Below, piece after piece: positions 52,601-63,800 of a DNA stretch of 64,000 bases. The position numbers and the translations under genes are program-made. Under the pieces are notes generated by a model. That model worked only from the letters and a program-made list of their open reading frames with translations. It searched no databases and was not told the origin of the DNA. Source of the DNA: Octopus sinensis (taxonomy: Eukaryota); contig NC_043010.1 of the NCBI RefSeq assembly GCF_006345805.1, forward strand, positions 55,738,001 through 55,802,000. Reading direction: 5' to 3'. Within the stretch, counting starts at the first letter, position 1. Each line of letters opens with the position of its first letter.

Positions 52601-55600
52601 CTGGTCCCTCTACTGGGTCAACATTTGGCAGGCTCTCCTCCTCCCATTCATTCTCCTCACACACACATATATATATATATGTACACACACATATATATAC
52701 ACACATATATATACACATATATAACATACATATATATATATACACATATATAACATCTATAAATATATACATACATATATATATACACATATATAACATC
52801 TATATATATATACATACATATATATATACACATATATAACATCTATATATATATACATACATATATATATACACATATATAACATCTATATATATATACA
52901 TATATATATACACATATATACACACATATATATACACATGTATATATGCATATATATATATACATAAATATATACAGATTTATATATACATATATATATA
53001 TATACACACATATGTATTCATATATATATATACACATATATACATATACGCATATATATACACATATATACACATATATATACACACATATATATACACA
53101 TATCTACATACATATATACACACACACATATATATAAGAGGTAATGGTGTTATTGAGACCCGAAGGTGTCAGTTAATGCTGAATAAGTGCTATAGACAGA
53201 CCATAGTTAAGTTCCAGGCTCGGTAATTTTGTGAATAAGGGGTTCCACATTGGTCATATGACAGCGTGTGTATATAAGAATTCTTTTGCGTAATGTCTTC
53301 CTGGGTCTACCTCTACCCTGGATTCCTTCAACTGTTTGGGAGTGGCACTTCTTCACACATCTCTCCTCATCTATCTGTAGTATATGACCATACAAGCTCA
53401 AACGTCTCTCTTGCACGCCACATCCGATGCTTCTTATGTCCAATATTTCTCTAAGGGCGTTTACACACTATCGTGTGTGCACACTGACATTACACATCCA
53501 GCTGATCATGCTAGCTTCATTTCTTTCAAGCCTATGCATGTCCTCCACAGTCGCAGCCCATGTTTCACTGCCGTGGAGCATGGCAGTTCGCACAGATGCG
53601 TCGTACATTCTACCTTTCACTCTGAGCGAGAGACCCTTTGTCACCAGTAGGGGTAGAAGCTTTCTAAACTTTGCCCAGGCTATTCTTATTCTAGTGGTGA
53701 CACTCTCTGAGCATCCACCTCAACTACTAAATTGGTCACCTAGGTAGCGGAAGCTATCAACTACTTCTAGTTTCTCCCCCTGGAGTGTAATGGAATCTGT
53801 TTTCTGAGTATCTGTGGTGTCTATTGCCCCTATGCATCTGCTGCACACGAAAGCTATCTTCTTGGTTAATTTTCCTTTGATGATGCTGCACCCATTATGT
53901 GTCCATAGCTTACACTGGGTACATCTTATGGAGTTTCTACCTAAACCTTTTCTACAGATTGAGCAGGGCCACCTACCTGAGGGTGTGTGTGATGAGTTTG
54001 CCTTCCTGCTTACTAGAACTTTGGTCTTTGCTACATTGACTCTAAGGCCTTTTGATTCTAAACCTTGCTTCCACACCCGAAATTTCTTTTCTAGTTCTGG
54101 TAGTGATTCTGCTATGAAGGCCAGGTCATCAGCATAGAGGAGCTCCCAGGGGCAACCCATCTTAAACTCCTCTGTTATTGCCTGGAGGACTATGATCAAT
54201 AAAGGGGACTGAGGTGTGAACCTTGATGGACCCCTACTTCTACCCATAATTCTTCATTATACTCATTACCAATCCTAACCTTATTAACAGCCTCTCTGTA
54301 TAGGGCTTGTACAGCCCTTATTAACCATTTGTCAATCTCCAGTTTCTGCATTGCCCACCAGATAAGGGATTGGGGGACCTTGTCAAAGGCTTTCTCCAAG
54401 TCCAAGACATGACAGAAGTAAATAGACACCCTTATAATCATTAAAATTTCTTTAAATCTGAAATAATACGTTCAAATTATTTATATTTATTGATTGTTAT
54501 AATCTGAATATGTAGCAGACATGCCCTTTGCATTTTTCAATGCAAGTACCCTATTAGGCATGTTACTGATCAGATGATAAATATTCTCTTGGGGAATTTT
54601 TTTGCCAAGTCTCATGCAGTAATCTCAAAAGATCTGCCTTTGAAGATTCTTGCTCTTTTTATGGCGTTTCCTATCCATTATGTCCCAGAAGTGATCAATA
54701 GGATTCATATCTGGTGACTTGAGAAGATTCATCAAGCTCAGTAAAATTGCTATCACCCATACACGCAGGCTTCTTCTCCTTGGCAGGTGCCCATATCACA
54801 TAAAATGCACTCATGCTAGTGTTGCATAAATGCATCTATGCTGGTGGAATGTAAAAAGCACCCAACACATTCTGTAAAGGGTTTAGGAAAAAGGAAGGGC
54901 ATCCAGTTGTGGAAATCATGCAACAACTGACAATTGGAGTCTGGACATTTCTTCAACTGGCCCACTTCTGTGAAACCATCCAACCCATGCCAGCATGGAA
55001 AACAGATAATGATGATGAACACATTTCTTTGCTTTTCTCTCCTCTTTTTAATTTCAGGCAAAGATGACAAATACCGGGATGGTCACTATGGCACACTTAT
55101 GTCTGCTGCTATGGTCAGAGTGAAACGCGAGTCTCGTCCAGCTGAAAATGATGTCTATGACGATATAAACCTGGTGTGGACCTTTCTTATGACTCACTGT
55201 TCTAGTTGCATGCTTTTTAATGTTAATATGGACTACGAGGGTGTGTGCTTGATATATCTAGAGATTATATCTCTGTAATACTGAAGAAAACAAGATTGAC
55301 ATGACCCCATTAGAGAATGTTCTGAGATCTTTGTTCCCGAAAGCAGTACAGATTTAGAGTGAAGTGTCTACGTTTCATGAAGATGATACTTGGGTACAGA
55401 AAACTATGAAAGAGTGAAAAGTGGTATCGTTTGTATAAAAGTAGGTATTATTAGAGATGATGGCAAATAGTTCATGATTCTGTTATATGAATGTGGTAAG
55501 TAGACACTTTACAGAGAGCAAATCATTTCACTGGAAGCCTTTGCTGTCTGCAACATATCTTTGAGATCCTTTGGAAAGGCAAACTTAAATTTCCAGGCAT

Positions 55601-58600
55601 GCTCATCCCATCAGGATGAAGCAATGATCATGAAGTGGTACTAGTGAGCTAACAGAAAGCTCTTGTCACTGTAGTAGCCCTCAGAAGTATTAGAAAGACA
55701 AGTTGGAGTGCATCCTCACTCCTGTACAACGCCTGCTGAAGATCTCGAAGGACTTACTGCAAATCGAGGGATGTAACAAAGAGTTACTGATGATGGTGTA
55801 CAACAGTTTGAAGCTGAATACACCAGAACTAACAAAAGACATCCTCTCATCTTCGTCAAATTCGTTCATTAATCTCAACAATGTAGTTCTTCATCCATGT
55901 TCAACTTGTCCTCAGATCCATAATTATGCCATTGTGCCATTAGTATGTTCAGAAAATGCAAGTGTTTTATAATCTGCATATTGCAATGTCTGTGTTTTTT
56001 GTGGTAGATAGGAAGATTGTTGATACAGATTGTTGTGATGAGAGTAACAATATCCCCTTGTGAGAAATGGACTGGACCAAGTGATTAGCAATAGTAGCAG
56101 TCAGAGTGAAGTTTGTTGTGTTAGTTCAAGTTGAGTTTGCAGTGAAGTCAGAAGGTGTTGGCTGGTTAGTTAATTTGGAATATTGCCTGTTGGTTTGTGA
56201 AGAGATTGTTGGATCATCACATTGTTATTATGGGTGCATCATTATATGGGTGAGAAGTGAGAAATTGAGCAAAACGCTTATGTTGATGATAGAATGGTGC
56301 AGATGGGAAAGATTTTTGCTGTGGAAACTGTCATGTATTTCCTTTGTTAGGATTGTGAGTGATGTGGTAACTGAGTGGAGCAGTTTGAATCAATGTTGCA
56401 ATTTACAACTGTGTGTGTGGGGGGGTTCATTAAATCAATAGCTTTTTATGGTGAGAATTGAAAGGTACAACTTTATTTGTAGTTTTGTTGGGCTTTAGCA
56501 TTGTTATGATTGTTGCTCAGCACCCAAATTTTGAAAATTTTACAATAGTTGTAGATGTGTGGTGCACTGATTCTCTCAGGTTCTATGTGTTTTGGGAGTA
56601 CGTCAGCCATTTTGTTTGATTTTCTGTTGCTTTTTAAAGAAGTTTTTGAAAAGAACTCGTTAAAATCAAAGTGTATTTGGATCTTGCTTAGTTTTTGTTC
56701 AAATGTTCACGCTGTGACCATCTCGTCTTTGTTTCTATTAAATACAGAATTCATTTATCTTCTTTCATTGATTCTTTTAAGACGTTAGGGCAATATTTGA
56801 GCAAGAGGTTTGTGTTGTTAGTGGTTTGGGATTGTGGTTGTAGGACATATGTAATGAATAACTACAGATATATTTCTGTCTAGATTTAGCTCTGTACCCT
56901 CTGACATGCAGTGTTTATTATATGTGATGTTGTGAGGGTGTCTGGAGATAATGTATTTTCTATACTGTATGTCTGTTACCATTGCTGTTGTTGATTCACT
57001 TCAGATCATTTTCATTCAAGAAGACTTATGATGGAAGGTATTCTAGCAGCAGACATCCTGACTTCTAGGCATAGCATATCTCAAGCCATTTCCTTGATGT
57101 ACACATCCTTTCTTTTCTAAAGAGTTAGGTGTGATTTGAAGGAGAATTGGTTGCTATTTCTGACAAGTTCAGCAATGTTATGGTAGTCATTATTGTTTAA
57201 AATTATTTCTTATAATGTTTTTAAACAGTGAAAAAAACTGATTGTTTTTTGCTTTAATTTCTTCTCTTTTAAATTTTATTTTTAAGAGTTCCTGGTTGAC
57301 CGATGGTCAGTTTCAGATATCAGAACTGGACAAAATACTGGCTAAACTGTTGAAGGACAATCATAAGTTGATGGTAGATAACTTTGTCAAGGATATACGT
57401 AGAGGTAAGGCTCTGTTTCTTCTTTAAATGTCATAGTGATGAGAAGTATTAAACAAATACAAAAGAGATATAGAGCTGTTGTCAGTGAGATCAGCAGAAT
57501 GGTGTGTGTTGTCTAATGCACCCAGATGATGCAGACTGATGTGGTGTTTAGAGCGGTGTGTTTAGTCTCAGGTCTGGAGCTGAAGTCAATACAGTGAGTG
57601 ATCTGATTAAGGTTAATATCTGAGGTTGGTTCAGGTAAAAAGAAGACCAGTGTATTTTGTATAAGGAGTGTATCCTGTCTAAACTGTAAAACTGATGTTG
57701 AGATAACAAATCGAGCGATCTGTGTTGTGTAATGTTGTTGTCATTGTTTAACCTTCAGGCTGACACTGAATGAAAAGCTCCATGATAAAAGGAATTCAAA
57801 ACTTCACCCATTGTATTTTTCTCTATCTAAGACTACATTGCTCAATGTGACCTTCCCTCCAAGATGGCATTTTGTGATTTAAGATAGTCTGACTGCTATT
57901 GCTTGCAACTTGGGTGACTAGGTACAGCTTTCCCCATTTGCTCATCTTGCTTAAGGTTTATTTCTGAGGTTGTCTACTGTAAGTAGAATGACATATCTGC
58001 TCCAAGTGAACAAGTAAAGACTTACCTAATGCAATCATTATGTTGCGTAAAGCAGTAAAGTGTACTTGTACATAATTGCTCTTATTTACAACTGTGTGGA
58101 ATGGGTGCATGGAAGGCAGGTGTTGTAGCCAAGGGTACAGTACATGACTATTGAGCATATTTAATCTACTGACTATTTGAACAGAGTGTAAAGGAAGATT
58201 TTCCAATCTCTGTGTTTCAGAAACAGAAGAGGAAGAAAATAGAAATATCAAATGGAAAGCAATGAAAGAAAAGTTTAAATTCCATGAGGTGAAGAAACAA
58301 AGAGAGGTTCGGCTGTTTGTGTCAAGTACTTTCAAAGATTTCACAAAGGAAAGAGAAGAATTAATCAAAAAGACATTCCAAGAGGTAATTTTACTATTAC
58401 ACCTACTACTAGTCAGCAAAGGACAGTCAATGTACTCATGGGATCTGCTAGAAATGGCACCCAATTCTTTGCGAAAATTTTATTCTACCTTCTTTTATGG
58501 TCAATAGCAAATGGAATGACATGGTCTGGGATGCAGATAGTGATGTCATAGCTTATTTAAACTTGGTCGAAGTTTTGATGGGAATGTATGCATGTATGTA

Positions 58601-60121
58601 TGTATTATGTTTCAGGCTTAACTACGTAATGAAGAAGTTCATTTCACAACTATATGATACTATGTTCAATCAGGCATCTTTTGTCATAGCCATGAGATGA
58701 CCAAAACTTTATGGAAACAATTGGGTTGACAGAAACTGCATGATAGCTGTTGTATAGAATAAGGAATAATGTAGGGTTAGGGTTAGAATAGTGTAGTGGA
58801 TATCCAACTCTTAACTTTCCTGTGTCAAATAGTTATAACACTTACTTCTAAAGACCAAAACCCAGTCTGAACTGGAGCTTAAAACCAACCAAGCACAAAC
58901 CAGGATTGGTCATTTAGCATCTTGGATATTGCCTGGTACCAATCACTGGGATTGATGGAAAGTCAACCCTTGCATGCTATAGAGGGTTAGTGGAGAATTT
59001 GAGCAACAATGGTCAGGAAGTAATTCAGAGCATTAAAAATGATATTCTAGTAGTCTCTATTGGAGGATTATGAGTAATTTCCACAAGTTCTGGCTTGGTA
59101 GTGTTGTAAGTATGTTTGGGATAAACTTTACAGATATGATCATGTCAGATCCTCTAGCAACTCATAATTTTAGAGATGGGTGCAGATGATGAAGCCATTC
59201 TACACAAAATAATCCTGCCAAAAATTCAGTGAAACAATATATTATTTTGCTTCAGGCTATTCTGTGCTAACACCAAATGAATATAAAGATTGCCACAATA
59301 TAGTAGGGTTGCATTTACACTGAAAAATATGTAGGCACTATCAAATTGATACATCCTAACTGATGTGAACTTCATCTCAACCTAAAATGTCACAATTTTC
59401 TGGGAAATTCCTCTCAACATCACAGAACGAGCCAGGATAATTGACAAGACATAATCATTAAAGACAGTAAAGAATATACTTATAAACTGATAAATATCTG
59501 AATCTCCACTGGTAAGAATTTGACAAGCTCAATAAATACAAGCTAGAAACTGAAATACAAAAGATGTGGCATCTTAAAAAGAAAACCATCCCTGCTGTTG
59601 TAGGTGCCATCGGTATGATAAAAATGGATGTCAGAAATGGCTGGATAACATCTCAGGAAACCCATCTCTCACAGAAATCCAAAAGATTGTGCTGACAAGT
59701 CCTGCCTACATCCTTAGAAAAAAACCTATCAGCTTAAATATTTTATTCTGTGGGATTCATATGTTTTTATGCTGTCCTCCCCACATTTTCTCCTCAGACT
59801 TTCAATTACATTTAAGCAACTCAAAAATGACTAACGAAGAACATTACAAGTGTGTGTCGTAAAATAGTCGGATGATGTTTACACTGAATGGAAAACAGTT
59901 CAGAAAAAAGTGCATAAATAAGATGAAAAGAAAATGTATAAAAAAATATATAAAGTTTTGTCAAAAAGGTAGAATCCAAGCAAATGATGCTTTATTCTGT
60001 TTTCCAGCTCAACCAAGAATGTATGGATCGAAGAATTTTTTTCTCTTATGTCGATCTAAGATGGGGAATAAGCCAAGAACAGAATCAGCATGAAAAGACT
60101 ATTGCAAATTGTCTTCAAGAA
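23224..60121 (+). CDS. Multi-exon gene (14 exons seen, 1022 codons, incomplete at both ends): 3x beta-repeat + Ig-like + malectin-like + FBA + DUF4062 protein (DUF4062/NPHP3-TTC41-like N-terminal extension)
   Basis: Exons 23224-23404, 25508-25735, 29769-30833, 32695-32856, 36484-36626, 39390-39488, 43888-44187, 47331-47501, 48406-48486, 48992-49115, 55058-55173, 57287-57404, 58221-58384, 60008-60121. All GT-AG; intron phases 1,1,1,1,0,0,0,0,0,1,0,1,0 join with no stop codon; domain motifs continue across junctions. Confidence 0.85.
24881..25190 (-). mobile_element. OR-type SINE with a third type of 3' tail
   Basis: Head as at 8283; tail ..AGCCAGCGGGGTGGCGTC..GACCAGCGATGTGTAGCAACATCTG..GGTCGGTCACGGTGA (fragment also at 43497-43604). 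Confidence 0.85.
25508..25735 (+). CDS. Exon 2: first beta-rich repeat
   Basis: tctttag|(I)[52 protein letters not shown]|gtaag. Confidence 0.8.
25780..26838 (-). mobile_element. Penelope/Poseidon-type element, 5'-truncated, with inverted pLTR
   Basis: ORF 26153-26620: [34 protein letters not shown] (GIY-YIG region). The pLTR is on minus at ~25780-25990 and inverted at ~26640-26838; 12-bp TSD TACATAATTAAG at 25768-25779 and 26839-26850. Confidence 0.88.
26855..28970 (+). mobile_element. Internally deleted Helitron with PIF1-helicase pseudogene
   Basis: 5' TC..TATATAAAAG..TGTCTG, 3' CTAG, A|T target. 27340-28345 encodes [50 protein letters not shown] with stops and frameshifts; degenerate ~145-bp subterminal repeats at 28520-28900. 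Confidence 0.88.
29769..30833 (+). CDS. Exon 3: beta-repeats 2-3 and Ig-like segment
   Basis: 1065-nt open frame between taatacag and gtaagt; core of ORF 29720-31072. Confidence 0.9.
30895..31505 (-). mobile_element. R4/Dong-clade LINE 3' fragment (restriction-like endonuclease)
   Basis: [32 protein letters not shown]-like..IQKI..GT.HILRK; ends in a (TAA)n tract. Confidence 0.85.
31506..32365. mobile_element. Penelope pLTR-like repeat with short inverted segment and (CA/TA) microsatellite
   Basis: Inverted repeat 31508-31553 vs 31672-31710; 32176-32360 is homologous to the 5545-5777 element. Confidence 0.5.
32695..32856 (+). CDS. Exon 4: start of malectin-like domain
   Basis: [30 protein letters not shown] matches malectin 'xxINxGGxxyxdxxGxxyxxD'. 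Confidence 0.85.
33040..34990 (+). mobile_element. Old, degenerate RTE LINE
   Basis: [41 protein letters not shown]...RVP with many stops; same family as 50418-52657. Confidence 0.85.
36484..36626 (+). CDS. Exon 5: malectin-like domain
   Basis: ttttcag|..[19 protein letters not shown]|gtatgt; matches malectin 'IxgTxdxxLYqteR'. Confidence 0.85.
36650..37140 (-). mobile_element. RTE 3'-end fragment with (GAT)n tail
   Basis: Plus strand CATCATCAT..TTTAATGTCTGCTTTCCATGCTAGCATGGGTT..CATGCTTCACCACCTCGTTCCATGTCTTCC. Similar short 3' ends at ~24350-24690, 35860-36055, 38200-38400, 42578-42990 and 54820-55018. Confidence 0.75.
37249..37441. mobile_element. Degenerate Tc1/mariner-like MITE
   Basis: Left CAGTATGGTCTAAAAGTCA vs right (reverse complement) CAGGGTGGGCCAAAAGTAA. 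Confidence 0.4.
39390..39488 (+). CDS. Exon 6: malectin-like domain
   Basis: cttcag|[33 protein letters not shown]|gtaaga; matches 'vxnGxYxvrLHF..vxvNG'. Confidence 0.85.
39860..41310 (-). mobile_element. Penelope-like element (YRDD / WFN..KTNIG type) with inverted pLTR
   Basis: Minus strand: [56 protein letters not shown] (39880-40580, one frameshift). The plus-strand 40580-41310 segment carries a hammerhead motif. Confidence 0.85.
41165..41212 (+). ncRNA. Minimal type I hammerhead ribozyme motif (one core substitution)
   Basis: CTGT-CCGACGA-ACG GGAA CGT-GAAA-CTCAGAG-TA^ACAG: stems I, II and a near-palindromic stem III pair; core CUGANGA has U4->C. Confidence 0.7.
41630..42552. repeat. Nested long inverted repeats (Penelope pLTR-like)
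   Basis: 41635-41860 is inverted vs 42325-42550; 41856-41900 is inverted vs 41972-42030. Confidence 0.75.
41641..41743 (-). ncRNA. Hammerhead-like motif with long stem II and palindromic stem III
   Basis: Minus strand TATGTATCAC CTGATGA AAGTGG..CCACTG GAAA CAGCTG TA TTGAA GTGACACATA; inverted degenerate copy at 42442-42545. Confidence 0.55.
43888..44187 (+). CDS. Exon 7: end of malectin-like domain, linker, start of FBA domain
   Basis: ..[32 protein letters not shown]|gtaaga; NLLxNxxGE is the FBA start motif. Confidence 0.85.
47331..47501 (+). CDS. Exon 8: FBA domain
   Basis: ..[42 protein letters not shown]; matches FBA 'FxtSxxwCxKxQxiDL..LDxxqPxI'. Confidence 0.9.
48406..48486 (+). CDS. 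Exon 9: FBA domain
   Basis: aacag|[27 protein letters not shown]|gtttgt; matches 'VsdWy..cG..Y.l.v.Lld'. Not in the ORF track. Confidence 0.85.
48992..49115 (+). CDS. Exon 10: FBA domain
   Basis: ..[25 protein letters not shown](G); signature 'W..[13 protein letters not shown]'. Confidence 0.92.
50418..52657 (-). mobile_element. Young RTE-clade LINE, 5'-truncated, near-intact RT ORF with embedded PHD finger
   Basis: Long open frame: [80 protein letters not shown]; 3' UTR with ~64-bp tandem units and a (GAT)n tail at 50418. Confidence 0.95.
52658..53135. repeat. (TA/CA)n array with a ~38-bp higher-order unit
   Basis: Repeated ATATATACACATATATAACATCTATATATATATACATAC. Confidence 0.85.
53292..54406 (-). 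mobile_element. RTE LINE fragment (second copy)
   Basis: [36 protein letters not shown]; colinear with 51050-52160. Confidence 0.92.
55058..55173 (+). CDS. Exon 11: end of FBA domain
   Basis: (G)[21 protein letters not shown]; matches 'GkDxxfWxGhYG..t.ssVrv'. Confidence 0.88.
57287..57404 (+). CDS. Exon 12: helical linker
   Basis: tttttaag|[39 protein letters not shown]|gtaagg; phases 0/1 bridge exons 11 and 13. Confidence 0.75.
58221..58384 (+). CDS. Exon 13: start of DUF4062
   Basis: ..[28 protein letters not shown]; signature 'rvFiSSTFxDxxxERxxL..fpel'. Confidence 0.92.
58940..59740 (+). mobile_element. Degenerate R4/Dong-clade LINE 3' region
   Basis: [45 protein letters not shown] aligns with the 31164-31481 endonuclease. 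Confidence 0.7.
60008..60121 (+). CDS. Exon 14: DUF4062 continued (gene continues beyond the window)
   Basis: tttccag|[38 protein letters not shown]|gtaagt; signature 'vDLRWG..CLxEi'. Confidence 0.92.
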
Positions 60122-60364
60122 GTAAGTTGAAACTCTTAGAGGAAATTTGTTTCAGAAACTTTCATTGTGGTTACTACCAAAGCTGATACTTTATTTATGT
60201 ATGTATATGAATGTGTGTGTATATATGTAAGTACATCTAAGCATGCATGTATGCATATGAATTTAAGTGTTGTATACATGTGTGTGTCTACACCATCACT
60301 TTTTTTATTTCTTCATTGCATATCCTGCAGAGGATGGTAGCTTCTTTTCTTTCAAGCCTTTGCA

Positions 60365-61920
60365 TGTTTGGATGGTGCTTTTTACGTGCCACTGGCACAG
60401 GAACCAGTTAGGGGGTACTGGCATCGGTCACGATTGGTTGGTACTTTTTACATGCCACTGGTCCAGGAGCCAGTCAGGCGAATCTGGCATCAACCACATT
60501 CAGATGGTGCTTTTTATGTGCCACCGGTATGGGAGCTAGTCAGGAGGCACCGGCCCCAGCTATGATATTTATTTTACTTGACTCAACAAGTTTTCTCGAG
60601 CATATCATATCGCCCAACACATCAAGAGTATTCTTAATAGAGCCAGACATGCATAGTTGCCATCTCACTTTAGTTGCTGGGTCTTCTCAATCACAGCATA
60701 TCTCCAAAGGTCCTGGTCTCCTGTCATTGCCTCTGTGAAGCCCAATGTTTGAAGGTCATGCTTCACCACCTCATCCCATGTCTTCCTGAGTCTACCTCTT
60801 CTACAGGTTCCTTCTACAGTTAGGGAGTGGCACTTCCTCACACAGCTGTCTTCATTCATATGTAACACATGGTCATTCCAGTGCAGTCGTCTCTCTTCCA
60901 CACCACATCTGATGCTTCTTATGTCAATCTTTTCTCGCAGGATGCTTACACTCGGTTGTGTATACACAGACATTATACACCCAGTAGATTATACTGGCTT
61001 CATTTCTTTCAAGCCTACGCATATCCTCAGCATTCACAGCCTATGTTTTCCTGCCATGTAGCATGGCAAGTCACACACATGAATCATACAGTCTACCTTA
61101 CACTCTGAGTGAGAGGCCCTTAGTTGCCAGCAGAGGTAGGAGCTCCCTGAACTTTGCCCAGGCTATTCCTACTCTAGTCACTACTCTCTCAGAGCAACCA
61201 CCCTCACTACAGACTTGGTCAACTAGGTAGCAGAAGCTATTAACTACTTCTAGTTTCTTCCCCTGGCATGTGGTGGAATCTGTTTTCTGTACTTCTTCAG
61301 TGTTTATTGCCCCAGTGCCTCTGCCACACACAAAAATTTTTTTCCTGATTAACCTTCCTTTGATGTTGCTGCACCCTTTATGAGTCCATAGCTTACACCA
61401 GGTACATCATATGGAGTTTCTACCCACACCTTTTCTACAGATTGAGCAGGGCCATCTACATGAAGTGGGTTGTGATTTGATAGCCTTCCTACTTACTAAG
61501 ACTTTGGTTTTGGCTAGGCCATTTGATTCTAGACTTTGCTTCCAGACCCTAAACTTTGTCTCCAGTTCTGGCAGTGACTCGGCTATAAGCATAGGGGAGA
61601 TCCCAGGGGCAGCCTGTCTTGAATTCCTCTGTTATTGCCTGGAGGACTATAATGAATTAGAGAGGGCTGAGGACTGATCCTTGGTGAACCCCTATTTCTA
61701 CTTGGAATTCTTCACTATACTCATTGCCAACCCTCACCTTACTGACAGCATCCCTGTAAAGGGCTTGTACAGCTCTTACCAGCCACTTGTCTATCCCTAG
61801 TTTCTGCACTGGCCATCAGCTAAGGGATTGGGAGGACCCTGCCAAAGGCTTTCTCCAAGTCAGCAAAAGCCATGTACAAAGGTTTATCTTTGGCTACATA
61901 TTTCTCCTGCAGTTGTCAGC
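60365..61920 (-). mobile_element. RTE LINE fragment (older copy) with 3' UTR tandem repeats
   Basis: ..[56 protein letters not shown]; ~64-bp units at 60370-60560. Confidence 0.9.
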
Positions 61921-63800
61921 CATAGGAATGAGAATAGGCCCCAACTATGTGAACCTGTTCGTTGGCTACGTTGAGGCCCAAATATTCTCAAGTTTCACTG
62001 GTCCCACTCCCGAACTATATGGCCGTTATATTGATGACTGTATTGGTGCAACCTCACTCTCCCACGAACATCTAGGCTCCTTCCTCTCTTTTGTCAAATC
62101 TTTCCATCCCACCCTCCACTTCTCCTGCACTATCTCTGACACCTCTGTCTCCTTTCTTGACATTTCGGTCAGCATTCATCACTCCACTCTTACCACCTCC
62201 ATCCACTACAAATACACAGACTCACACTCATACATCAACTTCTCCTCCCACCCTAAACACACCAGGATTTCCATCTATTTCCAATTCCTTCGTCTACACA
62301 GGCTCTGTAGTGATGACCATGACTTTGAAACTTAGTCTCAACTCAGGGCTCGCCTCTTCATCCTGCATGGATATCCCCTCACCACTATCCACACTACCCT
62401 TGCTAGAGCACGTTCCATGGATCATGCTTCTGCTCTCTCCCCTTGCACCTACCCTACCATCTCCCATCTCCCCTCACCTACCACCCCACCTCTCCAACGC
62501 ACCATTCTCTGAGCCTTCCAGCGACTCCAGTCCGACCCCTCCACTGCACACATCTTCCCTAACTGAATCCTCCCCTCCTTCAAGCTAGCCCACAAGCTAC
62601 GAGACTTCTTGGTCCACAGCTTCTTCCCTAACCCAACCTTCCAACCTGGCTCGCTCCCCTGCTCCCACCCATGCTGCTGCACTTGCCCCTACCTCTCCAA
62701 CACCACCCTCCTCACTGGCACCCATCATCGACCCTATTACATCACCGACTCCTTCAACCGACACTGCACTTCTACCAATGTCATCTACTGCATCTCCTGC
62801 TCTCTCTGCCCTTCTCTATACATCAGGAAAATGGGACATCGCTTGACTGACAAGTTCATGAAACACCTCCGAGACATCTGACTCAGCAATGACAACCTGG
62901 TCTCGCACTATTTCTGTGCTCGGATTGTCCTTGCACAGGGGCCATCTGGACTCCTGTTTGTGCTGTGAACAGGGATTAATCTTCTCTCTTTGCTCCTTTG
63001 CACCACATGGGCTCAACTGTCCTCCCCTCTCCTCTCTCCTCCTCACACCTACTTCCTCCCACCCACCTTTCGTTTCTTGCTCTGACTCCTACTTCTTCTC
63101 TTCACTCCTACTTTCCTTCTCTCTTCTCTTCACTCCTACCCACCTTCTCCCTTCTCCTTCATCGTCACCCCCTCTTGTAACCCAACCCACCCCTACACAA
63201 TCCAACCCCACCTTCCCTATCCATTCCATCCCACCCCACTCCATCTCTTACACCCACTCCCACATACCCCAACTCTACTACACCCTCAACCTAACCCACA
63301 CCCCACCCTTGCTTTCCCCACTCTCGTCTCCCCACCTCCCAACACCATTACACCACACCATACACCACTACACCACCTTACCACACACCACTTCACATTA
63401 CCACGCACACACTAGCACTGACCACTTCCCAGCCCCACATCCACACACCGACACATACACACACACGTCAAGGTCACCAGCCCTCTTCCACATGTGCATA
63501 CTCTCTTATACACACGCATGCGCATCTTCGTTTTGGGATCACCACTACTTTATTATCTCCCTTTCTTCCTAGCTCTCCTGTGTGATCCTTATGTCCGGCA
63601 TTCACCATGATAGATCGCTAGCCACTACACATTCTTTATTTTCTCTCCTTGTTTCTTTCTGTGTTCCTTTCTGTGGAAGACCATAGGTTCAAAACGTTAA
63701 AGACTTTTTCATTTCCTGAGCATTATACTAATACATCTGTTTGTTGTCTGCACCACTTGTCTTCGTCTTTTGGCTTTTTTTTTGTGAATTCTCTTTTTTG
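61921..63800 (+). mobile_element. Neptune-type Penelope-like element, 5'-truncated
   Basis: GPNYVNLFVG..YGRYIDDC..SFLDI..TDSHSY..SSHP..QFLRLHRLCS (RT and thumb); PCSHPCCCTC..CTSTNVIYCISC..LYI (Zn linker and GIY-YIG); pLTR ~63600-63800 with an inverted copy from ~63810. Confidence 0.88.

Noticed and set aside
52658-52799. N-terminus of the 611-aa RT ORF
   Set aside because: Microsatellite read-through; the LINE is 5'-truncated at about 52657 and has no APE domain.
55690-55972. ORFs 55703-55972 (+) and 55690-55881 (-) as an extra exon
   Set aside because: No convincing splice sites or recognisable motif; exons 11 and 12 already join in phase.
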